Assembly (NCBI GenBank): GCA_964353115.1
Contig: CAYGUI010000002.1
Coordinates: 1 to 60,738 of the forward strand
Direction: 5' to 3'
From: an uncultured Gammaproteobacteria bacterium
GTDB lineage: Bacteria > Pseudomonadota > Gammaproteobacteria > JAGOUU01
DNA: 60,738 bases
Shown: piece after piece, positions 1 through 8,135 of the stretch
Position numbering within the stretch: the first letter of the stretch is position 1
Layout: the number at the start of each line of letters is the position of its first letter
The notes under the pieces: model-generated
Seen by the model: only the letters and a program-made list of their open reading frames with translations
What the model was told of the DNA's origin: nothing
Database searches by the model: none
Program-made: the position numbers and the translations under genes

Positions 1-130
1 TGACGAAGTAAAAGTTTATTAAATTTTCAAATTAATTTAAGTCTTTGTTTATAGCGTCATTTTTTTGAATATATTATATTTATACTATATTTAATATTGT
101 AATAAATTAAATACTTAAAAGGAGGACATT

Positions 131-301
131 ATGGGGGTAGGAGTAATAACTGGTGCTTCAATTTTATGGGCATGGATAGTAGTTACATTAGGTACAGCTG
201 GATCTGTTGTTGCTAGTGATGCTAATAAGGATCACAGTAATCATAAAAGAATGGCGCAAGTACAAAAACATAATGTGCAAGAAAAGAATTACGTAGCTTA
301 G
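131..301 (+). CDS. small hypothetical membrane protein (56 aa, below the ORF-track cutoff)
   Basis: ATG at 131 is preceded by AAAGGAGGA (119-127), with TAG at 299-301. One hydrophobic helix (GVGVITGASILWAWIVVTLGTAGSVVA). A hairpin plus T-run follows at 315-341. Confidence 0.5.
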   Translation: MGVGVITGASILWAWIVVTLGTAGSVVASDANKDHSNHKRMAQVQKHNVQEKNYVA

Positions 302-314
302 AAAAATTTAAAAA

Positions 315-341
315 GGGCGGCATAAAGCAGCCCTTTTTTTT
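315..341. terminator. rho-independent terminator, probably bidirectional (small ORF / pepA)
   Basis: GGGCGGC-ATAAA-GCAGCCC stem (one mismatch) followed by T8 on the + strand and preceded by an A-run. It sits between convergent stops at 301 and 352. Confidence 0.5.
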
Positions 342-351
342 ATTATTTAAC

Positions 352-1731
352 TTAATTATTTAAAAAATCCAACAACATTGTAAGAGGGCGACCAGTAGCT
401 CCTTTGTCATCAAAGGCACTGCCAGCGATATCTAAATGGCACCATGGTAAATCATTTTTGATAAAACGCTGTAAAAATTTAGCTGCTACAATACTTCCAG
501 ACTCTGGTTTACCATGAGCATTTAAAATATCTGCATAAAGACTTTTTAAATGATCATCATAGCTTTCCCAAATTGGTAAACGCCAAGCACGATCAAAAGT
601 TTTATTACTTGCTTTTAATATTCTCTCAGCTAAGTCATCGTTATTAGAAAAAACTCCAGTTGCGTCATGCCCCAACGCGACAACAATAGCTCCAGTCAAA
701 GTCGCCAAATCAATAATCTCTTTTGGCTCAAAATTTTGTTGTGCATAAGTTAACGCGTCTGATAGAACTAATCTACCTTCAGCATCGGTATTAGTTATTT
801 CAACTGTTATTCCAGATAAAGATTTAACAATATCATTAACTCTTGAAGCATGACCGCTGACCATGTTTTCAGCACAAATCATGATCCCAACAATATTAAC
901 TGGTAGTTCAAGTTCGGCAGCTGCTTTCATCAACGATAATACTGTTGCAGCTCCAAGCATATCAAACTTCATGCCAAGCATTGCATCGCGTGGTTTTAAA
1001 GAATACCCACCGGTATCAAAAGTTATGCCTTTGCCGACAAAAATAGTTGGTTTAGTTTCAGAATCAGAATTGTTATATGTCATAACAACCATTTTTCCGT
1101 CGTTATCAGAGCCTTGTGAAACTGAGCAGAATGTTTCCATCCCCATTTTTTTTAGTTTGCTCTCATCATAAACAGTAGTCTTTACTTTTTTATGCGTTTT
1201 AGACATTTGCTCAGCTTCATTGGCTAAATATTCAGGATTACAAATATTTGCTGGAATATTGCCAAGATCACGTAAGTAATTAGTTGAATTAGCTAAAATT
1301 AAGATTCGGTTGGTATCAACATGATCAGTTTCAGAGCTTACAAAAGTAACATTATTAAAATAATTAGGATTTTTTTCAGTTTTTAATTTATCAAAAGTAT
1401 ATAAAAAATCATTGGTTTTTAAAATTAAATACTCAAGAGCAAATTGGCTATTGGCATCAGAAATATTTGTTGTGGCAAGTAATACTAAAATTTTATTATT
1501 TTTAAACTGCTGTAAATAATTTTTGTAAATATTAATTACTTTGGCGTATTTTTCTTTGGTAAATTTTTTAAGATCACCGCAGCCAATAGTTATAATATGT
1601 TTATTATTTTTTATTGCAGATGTTACCTTACCTAATTCACTACTATCTGTAGTAATTACTATATGATTTTCAAAGTCAGTGAAATCAGTAAGATTTATAT
1701 TGTTAGAATTAACTAAATTAATTTCTTGCAT
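352..1731 (-). CDS. pepA: leucyl aminopeptidase, M17 family
   Basis: M17 motifs VGKGITFDTGGYSLKP and NTDAEGRLVLSDAL. Divergent from lptF as in E. coli pepA/lptF/lptG. Confidence 0.9.
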   Translation of the reverse strand: MQEINLVNSNNINLTDFTDFENHIVITTDSSELGKVTSAIKNNKHIITIGCGDLKKFTKEKYAKVINIYKNYLQQFKNNKILVLLATTNISDANSQFALEYLILKTNDFLYTFDKLKTEKNPNYFNNVTFVSSETDHVDTNRILILANSTNYLRDLGNIPANICNPEYLANEAEQMSKTHKKVKTTVYDESKLKKMGMETFCSVSQGSDNDGKMVVMTYNNSDSETKPTIFVGKGITFDTGGYSLKPRDAMLGMKFDMLGAATVLSLMKAAAELELPVNIVGIMICAENMVSGHASRVNDIVKSLSGITVEITNTDAEGRLVLSDALTYAQQNFEPKEIIDLATLTGAIVVALGHDATGVFSNNDDLAERILKASNKTFDRAWRLPIWESYDDHLKSLYADILNAHGKPESGSIVAAKFLQRFIKNDLPWCHLDIAGSAFDDKGATGRPLTMLLDFLNN

Positions 1732-1790
1732 ATATCGCCTTTATTGTTGTGAGTTTTCGAATTATTGGAAGATCTATTATATTATATACT

Positions 1791-2870
1791 ATGATTTTAC
1801 GACGCTACTTGGTTCATCAAGTTATACAAGAAATTTTTTCTATAACTATATTATTTTTGTCAATTTGCATCATTGTGCAATTTATGTTGTTCATGGCGAG
1901 AAATATGGGAATTCATTTGGATTTTTTTATTATAAAAGATCTAGTTATTTTGAGTATCCCAGAGTTATTATCAGTTTTATTACCCCTTAGTACCTTTCTT
2001 GGAATAATTTTAGTTTTATCACGTTTATACTCAGATAGTGAAATGGTGATAATGCGTATGTCTGGCATAGTAAATCACAAAATATTAAAATTTTTATTTA
2101 TACCGATATTTTCTATTTGCCTAATATCTTTAGTGATGACTTTTTGGGTCTCTCCAATCGCCAAATTGCAATATTATGCCAAGCGAGGTGATATTCAGTT
2201 TTCTAAGAATCTGTCACTTATAACTCCAGGGCAATTTTATTCTATTGGAAATAGCACTATGTATATTTCTGAGCAGAATAATGAAGGAGAGATGTCTGGA
2301 ATATTTTTTGTTACACGTGATCGAGACAATTTGAGCGTAACTTTTAGTGATAGAGGTTATCAAGATTCTCAAAATTTATCAGATAATGATGATATTTTGT
2401 CATTAGAAAATGGTATGCGCTATGAAGGTGATCCAAAAAAAGATAATGATTTTTCTGTTACAAATTTTATGAAATATAATATTAATTTATCCGCTGGTGA
2501 TAATGGGGCAACACTAAATAGCTACTCTTATAAATCATCTACAAAAAATATTAATGCATTATATAGTTCGAAAAAATCACCAGATAAAGTTGAATTGCAA
2601 TGGCGCATAGCCTTTGCAATGGCGCCTTTTATTTTGGGAATAGTTGCAATCCTTATGAGTTATATACGACCAAGAGAAAGTCAGTTTATTTCTATTCTTC
2701 CAGCATTACTGTTATTTGCATTTTATTATCAACTATTAGTTTTAGCTAAGCATTATGCTTATGGAATTCATAATCAAATGCTTATTATCTTAACTATGCA
2801 GTCGGTAAATTTATTTATTTTGCTAGTTGCATATTTTTATTATTTATTTAGAAAAAGATTGGCGCCATGA
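1791..2870 (+). CDS. lptF: LPS export ABC permease LptF
   Basis: YjgP/YjgQ-type polytopic membrane protein with a large periplasmic loop. The track ORF starts at GTG 1749, but ATG 1791 gives the typical MILRRYLVHQ N-terminus. Located in the pepA-lptF-lptG synteny block. Confidence 0.85.
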   Translation: MILRRYLVHQVIQEIFSITILFLSICIIVQFMLFMARNMGIHLDFFIIKDLVILSIPELLSVLLPLSTFLGIILVLSRLYSDSEMVIMRMSGIVNHKILKFLFIPIFSICLISLVMTFWVSPIAKLQYYAKRGDIQFSKNLSLITPGQFYSIGNSTMYISEQNNEGEMSGIFFVTRDRDNLSVTFSDRGYQDSQNLSDNDDILSLENGMRYEGDPKKDNDFSVTNFMKYNINLSAGDNGATLNSYSYKSSTKNINALYSSKKSPDKVELQWRIAFAMAPFILGIVAILMSYIRPRESQFISILPALLLFAFYYQLLVLAKHYAYGIHNQMLIILTMQSVNLFILLVAYFYYLFRKRLAP

Positions 2871-3949
2871 AAAAAGTCTGGTTTTATACGTTTAGGCAAG
2901 TTTTATTATCAATTTTGACATGCACTTTTTTATTATTTTCATTAGTTACATTTATTATTTTTTTTGGTGAATTAGATAGCGTTGGTGTTGGAAAATATAG
3001 TTTTCTCGATGCTTTTATTTATGCCATTAGCGTATTAACAGCATATTTCTATTATTTATTTCCATTTTGTTGTTTGCTCGGGGTTTTATTTGCCTTTGGG
3101 ATTTTACAAAAAAATAATGAATTGATTATTATTAGATTATCTGGTTATTCAGCTTTCAAGTTAACTGTGGGAATTTTATCATTTATTTTTTTATTAATTT
3201 TAACTGTAAATATCTTTGATGAAGCTTTTGGCCCAGAGTTAGAGAGAAAGGCTGAGCTTAGAAAATCTACCAAAAAACACAATATTGATTATCAATACTC
3301 GCGCTCAGGAGTTTGGTTGCATTTGAAAGATAATTTTTATTACATTGGTTTTTTAAGTGGAAAAAATACAGTTAATAATATTTATCGTTTTAAAGTTGGA
3401 GATAAAAAATCAACGAGAAATATTTCCGAAATATCATATGCAAAATTTGCAGAATATAAAAATAATAAATGGACCATGAAAGATATTAAAAAAATTGAAT
3501 TTAAAAATAATAACAATATAGAAAAATTTAATTTAAAAAGTGAGGAATGGACTGAGCTACTGCCACCAGATTTTATTAAAGCGATGAATAAACAGTTAGA
3601 GCGATTGCCATTTAAAGATTTATTTGTATTAAATAAATATCATTACGAAGAAGATTTAAGTTTAGGATCGGAGTATGTTTCCCAATTTTGGAAAAGAATT
3701 TTTGGGCCGCTTACAGCTATTGCTATGATATTTTTATCCATGCCTTTTGTTTTTACAACTAATAGAAACGCTGCAGTTTTTAATCGAGTTTTTATATCGG
3801 CATTAATAGGTTGTACAGTAATAGCAATTAATGCTCTGGTTGAATCTACAGTTTCTTTATTTGCGTTATCGCCAATGATTACAGCATTGCTACCGGCAAC
3901 AGTGGGCTTTACAATAGGGCTATTAGCTTTTTATCGCTCTTCTCACTAA
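2867..3949 (+). CDS. lptG: LPS export ABC permease LptG
   Basis: Paralogous YjgP/YjgQ architecture. Its start overlaps the lptF stop (ATGA), indicating translational coupling. Confidence 0.85.
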   Translation: MKKVWFYTFRQVLLSILTCTFLLFSLVTFIIFFGELDSVGVGKYSFLDAFIYAISVLTAYFYYLFPFCCLLGVLFAFGILQKNNELIIIRLSGYSAFKLTVGILSFIFLLILTVNIFDEAFGPELERKAELRKSTKKHNIDYQYSRSGVWLHLKDNFYYIGFLSGKNTVNNIYRFKVGDKKSTRNISEISYAKFAEYKNNKWTMKDIKKIEFKNNNNIEKFNLKSEEWTELLPPDFIKAMNKQLERLPFKDLFVLNKYHYEEDLSLGSEYVSQFWKRIFGPLTAIAMIFLSMPFVFTTNRNAAVFNRVFISALIGCTVIAINALVESTVSLFALSPMITALLPATVGFTIGLLAFYRSSH

Positions 3950-4369
3950 TAAAGTTCCTGATGCCAAATCATGAAGTGTGGCATGTTGTTTATTAAAATA
4001 CAGCATGAAATATCCCAAGCCAAAAAATAAAAATGCAGGAATAGCGGTTAAAACGCGTATTGTGCTTTGAATAAATGATATTGGCTTATTGTCATCAAGA
4101 TTTATCAGTTTGATTTTCCATGATCGCATACCAAGAGTTTGCCCTGATTGATGCCAGCAAATATGGTAAAAAATGATGGTTATTAGCAATAAATAGCCAC
4201 GATATATAAAACTATGTGAAATATTGATATTACTAGGCGCTAAAAATACAATTGGCACTGAAGCAAACAATAATATTGCCAGTAAAATCAAAGAGTCATA
4301 AATTAAAGCCCCGATTCTACGACCTAATTTGGCGGGTTGTACTTGATATTGAGTTTTATTATTTTTCAT
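3923..4369 (-). CDS. RDD-family membrane protein
   Basis: 148 aa with N-terminal RRIGALIYDSLILLAI (RDD-domain style) followed by three hydrophobic segments. Its 3' end overlaps lptG by 27 nt. Confidence 0.6.
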   Translation of the reverse strand: MKNNKTQYQVQPAKLGRRIGALIYDSLILLAILLFASVPIVFLAPSNINISHSFIYRGYLLLITIIFYHICWHQSGQTLGMRSWKIKLINLDDNKPISFIQSTIRVLTAIPAFLFFGLGYFMLYFNKQHATLHDLASGTLLVRRAIKS

Positions 4370-4405
4370 GATACAATCAACTAACTTTTTTTATGCTGTA
4401 AATCA

Positions 4406-5521
4406 ATGAGTTATTGTATTAAATTTAACAGGCTTTTAAAACTGCTTTTTGGTGCGGCATTACTTATTTTTGTATGTTCGCAGCATATTTATGGCAAGCA
4501 AATTTTAATCTTTGATGCTGGCAGTTCAGGAACACGAGCGTATTTATTTGATATCACAAATACTAAAAATATTATAAATATCTCAGAAGTTAAATTTTCT
4601 AATCAAAAAATTACCCCAGGGATCGCAAATTTTTCTGGCAATTCATCTGATATAACGAATTATTTTTCGCCATTAATAGGCAGCCTTAAAAACATAAAAA
4701 ATATTTCTAATATTCCAGTATATTTCTATGCCACTGCTGGTATGCGATTATTACCTAATAATAAACAGCAAGAAATTTATAACAAAATAAATAATATCTT
4801 TAAAAATAATAATTTTAAAGTTAAAAATATAAGAACCATTTCAGGTGATGAAGAAGCATTGTTTGATTGGCTTAGCATAAATTATTTAGAGCATAATTTT
4901 ATTAATAATAATTCTGAGCAATATGCTGTATTAGATATGGGTGGGGCTTCGACACAAATAGCTTTTGATGTTCCAGAAGAAGATGCAGCTTTAGCTGACT
5001 TTAAATTAAATATTAATAATAAAAAATATAATATTTATACTAAAAGTTTATTAGGCGCAGGAAAAGATGAAGCTTTAAAACATATAAAAGCAGAAAGTAA
5101 TTCTAATTTTTTATCTTGCTCAGCTGGTAGTTTTAATTATTCTTCATGTAAAGTGTTAGTAAAAAAATACTTACAGAGTTACAAGTTTAATTTGCCAGTA
5201 AATATTAATAATAAAAAAATATTAGGATTTTCTGGTTTCTATTATACTTTTTCTTTTTTTGACGCAAATAATCTTACAGATTTCTTTAATAATATAAATA
5301 CTCAATGTCATCAACCATATGATAAATTTAGCAAAAACCGTGGTGATTTATCTGAAAAATATATTAAATCAGCGTGTTTTGATGGTGTTTATGAATATGT
5401 ATTATTAACTGATTTTTACAATATTCCAGATAATAACAATAATAATTTAATAATCAGTAACAAAAATTATAACTGGGCTGAAGGAGCGGCATTAGATATT
5501 TTTTTAAAAAATAAAAGGTAA
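4406..5521 (+). CDS. GDA1/CD39-family nucleoside triphosphate diphosphohydrolase (ecto-NTPDase/apyrase), secreted
   Basis: Four apyrase conserved regions are readable: IFDAGSSGTRAYLF (ACR1), YATAGMRLLP (ACR2), SGDEEALFDWLSINYL (ACR3) and LDMGGASTQIAF (ACR4). An N-terminal hydrophobic signal is present. Confidence 0.85.
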   Translation: MSYCIKFNRLLKLLFGAALLIFVCSQHIYGKQILIFDAGSSGTRAYLFDITNTKNIINISEVKFSNQKITPGIANFSGNSSDITNYFSPLIGSLKNIKNISNIPVYFYATAGMRLLPNNKQQEIYNKINNIFKNNNFKVKNIRTISGDEEALFDWLSINYLEHNFINNNSEQYAVLDMGGASTQIAFDVPEEDAALADFKLNINNKKYNIYTKSLLGAGKDEALKHIKAESNSNFLSCSAGSFNYSSCKVLVKKYLQSYKFNLPVNINNKKILGFSGFYYTFSFFDANNLTDFFNNINTQCHQPYDKFSKNRGDLSEKYIKSACFDGVYEYVLLTDFYNIPDNNNNNLIISNKNYNWAEGAALDIFLKNKR

Positions 5522-5526
5522 CCCTT

Positions 5527-7752
5527 ATGCCAAAAATAAATGAATTTTCACATAGTTCTGTTCCAGTTTCTCCAGTTTCTCCAGTTTCTCCAGTTTCTCC
5601 AGTTTCTCCAGTTTCTCCAGTTTCTCCAGCTGCTTCTGCAGTATTAGCAAATTTTGCTCAGAAACCGGTAGAAAAAGAAATAAGTAGTGATGAATTTGAA
5701 GATTTAGAAGGTATTGATAGTGACGAGGAGGGCTCTTCTGCTGATCTAGTTACTGATTTTACAGTTCAAGGGCTTCATGTATTGAATTATCAACATATAG
5801 TAAGTTCTATGCAGCATTTACCACACAAAATATTTACATTTTTGCCGACTTTTAATATAACTAGTGGGAAATTTGAACCGCAAGCTACATTACCCTTTCC
5901 AGAAGTTGATTTTTTAAATATAGGAAATAAAATATTTTTTATTCTTGGCTTTAGTGGGAAAATGCGGTTGTTATTTGGAGCATCCCATTGTGTTCTATGC
6001 GAAGTAGATTTGCGAAAAAATTCTTCAGGAGAAATTGAAAGTGTAAATTTCACAATACACGATTCGGGTGGATGTGGAAGAATTAAAGCAGAGCGTGATA
6101 GTCAAGTTTATCCTGGATTAATAGAAGAATTTAAAAATTATTTCTCAACTGAATGTAAAATATCTGATAAAAGTAAAATAAATGGACGTGTAAATTATTT
6201 TGAAGTGCAAGGTCGTTTCCCAGCGCAGCAACAACACCCTGAAGAAAGAAATAGTTACGCAGCACTGTATCATAGCTATAATTCTTATGATCAAAAATGT
6301 ACTCTATATGCTTTTTTTCATGCTTATTTTGCTGCCGCGTCACAAAACTCTCTTACGAGGGTTGAAGCGCAAATAATTTACTTAATGGTTTTAGAATTAG
6401 ATTCAGTACAGTTAAGCAAAATGCAAACTAGTTTTCATAAGTTAAATTTTATTTTAACTGACGAAAAAATTGCTGAAATTAATGCTGAATGGGACAAAAC
6501 ATATCCACATATACCAGCAACCTTTTTATTAAAAGGGGCAGTTTCTAGAACTTTTTTTAAGAGTGAGAGTAAAATTGATTTTAATAAGTTTATGTTAGAT
6601 CGTTTATTAAAAGCGATTGATAATATAAATAATCCAGAGTCACTTGCTCTTTTTAAATTATTATTTATAGAGTTTTTGCGTAAAACAAATATTATTACAA
6701 TTGAAGTAAGTGATGAAATATCTATATTAAATATTTTTCCGACATTTGCAGAGTTAGTAAAGCTGGGTCAGGAGAAAATAGTTTATCCTGCTGCGCCAGC
6801 TGGGACTTTAAAGTCTTCGTTATCTGCTCCTGCGGCTTCTGAATCTCCAGTATTATCATCATCAGAAGAAGCTGATTTTGGAATACCTAGTGTTGAGGTT
6901 AATGCAGTACCAAAATATTATAGAGATGAAATGCCAGTGATTATTACAAATAGCCTTATAAGTAGTCGACACGACTCAGAAGTAGACGAAGAAGAGAAGA
7001 AATGGCGTTATCCTGCTGCGCCAGCTGGGACTTTAGAATCTTCTAATGATGAAGCAGGTCCTGCTTCTGAAAATTCAGTAGTTGTCCCTCTGAAAGCTAT
7101 TTCTTTAGTTAAATCTTTAGTGCCAGGTTTAGATGTATTAAATGCTCTTGGAAAATATCATGCTGGAATAAAAACTCCACATGTTATGCCAAAAAGAAGA
7201 AGAAAAATATCAGAGTTATCTGCTCCTGCAGGGTTAGAATTTAATTTGAATTTATTATTTTTTATTATGCAATATGAATCTACTCCGGCAATAGTAGAAG
7301 TTCTTGATTCTTCTTCTGACGATGAATCAGGTCCTGCAGATGATGTCTTCGAATTGCCAGTTATTACTAGAAATAGACCTGATAAAAAAATAACGGCAAG
7401 AACGGTGCTTTATATTGCTTTATGTCTATTATCTGCAGCGGCAATAGCTATTGCTTTAGCAACTATTGTATTGACCACGAATGGTATTGCATTGCCATTA
7501 ATGATGGGAGTTGTTGGTCTTGCTGCAAAATTTAGTTTTATTAGTGCGATAGTTGGTGGTGCTGGATTACTTTTTGGAGGACTGGCATCTTTGATTCATC
7601 CGAAGAGTTCTTCTTCACCTAAGAAGCCTATTACTCCGGATTCTGAACAGCCATCTTTGGCAAGTTCTTTGCCTGGTGTTGTTAGAGGTGCTGTTCCGGG
7701 TGAAGAAGGTCGCGCTGAAACTGATAAAGGACAAAACCCCCGCCCAGCTTAG
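5527..7752 (+). CDS. hypothetical repeat-rich protein (741 aa) with a C-terminal double hydrophobic domain
   Basis: Long ORF starting 5 nt after the NTPDase stop. Contains (PVS)7 near the N-terminus, duplicated YPAAPAGTL(K/E)SS segments and two adjacent TM helices (VLYIALCLLSAAAIAIALATIVL / PLMMGVVGLAAKFSFISAIVGGAGLLFGGLASL). The last codons and the stop lie inside a GC-rich repeat. Confidence 0.7.
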   Translation: MPKINEFSHSSVPVSPVSPVSPVSPVSPVSPVSPAASAVLANFAQKPVEKEISSDEFEDLEGIDSDEEGSSADLVTDFTVQGLHVLNYQHIVSSMQHLPHKIFTFLPTFNITSGKFEPQATLPFPEVDFLNIGNKIFFILGFSGKMRLLFGASHCVLCEVDLRKNSSGEIESVNFTIHDSGGCGRIKAERDSQVYPGLIEEFKNYFSTECKISDKSKINGRVNYFEVQGRFPAQQQHPEERNSYAALYHSYNSYDQKCTLYAFFHAYFAAASQNSLTRVEAQIIYLMVLELDSVQLSKMQTSFHKLNFILTDEKIAEINAEWDKTYPHIPATFLLKGAVSRTFFKSESKIDFNKFMLDRLLKAIDNINNPESLALFKLLFIEFLRKTNIITIEVSDEISILNIFPTFAELVKLGQEKIVYPAAPAGTLKSSLSAPAASESPVLSSSEEADFGIPSVEVNAVPKYYRDEMPVIITNSLISSRHDSEVDEEEKKWRYPAAPAGTLESSNDEAGPASENSVVVPLKAISLVKSLVPGLDVLNALGKYHAGIKTPHVMPKRRRKISELSAPAGLEFNLNLLFFIMQYESTPAIVEVLDSSSDDESGPADDVFELPVITRNRPDKKITARTVLYIALCLLSAAAIAIALATIVLTTNGIALPLMMGVVGLAAKFSFISAIVGGAGLLFGGLASLIHPKSSSSPKKPITPDSEQPSLASSLPGVVRGAVPGEEGRAETDKGQNPRPA
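5563..5625 (+). repeat. perfect 9-bp tandem repeat (CCAGTTTCT x7), in frame
   Basis: Seven contiguous identical units counted directly in the sequence. They encode PVSPVSPVS... Confidence 0.95.
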
Positions 7753-7976
7753 CTGGGCAGCCCCCTTTAATAAGGGCGCGCGTTAACTCCCCTTTTGTAA
7801 AGGGGAGATGTCGGCAACGCCGACAGAGGGGTTTTCTGGATTCCCGCCTGCGCGGGAATGACGGTTTTGCGCGGGAATGACGGTTTTGCGCGGGAATGAC
7901 GGTTTTGCGCGGGAAACGCCAGTAGCGCAGCGATGACTGGCAACGCCGACAGAGGGGTTTTCTGGATTGCTGCGCC
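7733..7976. repeat. composite GC-rich repeat block (hairpin modules plus a 19-bp minisatellite)
   Basis: Contains CCCCTTTTGTAAAGGGG, GTCGGCAACGCCGAC (twice), CTGGATTCCCGCCTGCGCGGGAATGACGG and GCGCGGGAATGACGGTTTT x3.5 (7850-7915). The same modules recur at six other loci. Confidence 0.9.
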
Positions 7977-8009
7977 AACAGAGCGGTTTTGATCTTTTAG
8001 CAGAGGGCT

Positions 8010-8111
8010 TTAATCCCTCATCTGCTCTTCTTTCAATTCATACCACATAGCGTTTAAAATTGAAAAAGCTGTAGCAAGACTAACGCCTAAAATCCATGAA
8101 AAATACCACAT
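8010..8111 (-). CDS. cydX: cytochrome bd oxidase small subunit CydX (33 aa, below the ORF-track cutoff)
   Basis: Translates to MWYFSWILGVSLATAFSILNAMWYELKEEQMRD, which shows the MWYF-W-LG...NA-W signature of CydX. GAGGAA lies 7 nt upstream, and the ORF follows immediately downstream of cydB. Confidence 0.8.
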   Translation of the reverse strand: MWYFSWILGVSLATAFSILNAMWYELKEEQMRD

Positions 8112-8135
8112 AATATATTCCTCTAAAATTTATAA

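Noticed and set aside
1-130. Possible end of an upstream gene (TGA at 1-3) and a promoter for the small ORF
   Set aside because: The sequence context is too short to support either call.
863-1990. ORFs at 863-1171 and 1679-1990 overlapping pepA and lptF
   Set aside because: They are antisense or alternative-frame ORFs within strongly supported genes, with low-complexity products.
7850-7915. Possible CRISPR array (regularly repeated 19-22 bp units here and at 37414-37470 and 57901-57988)
   Set aside because: The units are directly contiguous with no spacers and are too short for CRISPR repeats. There are only 3-4 copies per locus and no cas genes in the window. These are minisatellites.
7682-7978. 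98-aa minus-strand ORF (Arg/Pro/Cys-rich)
   Set aside because: It lies entirely within the GC-rich repeat block. Its composition is dictated by the repeat and it has no start context. The same kind of peptide appears wherever the repeat occurs.
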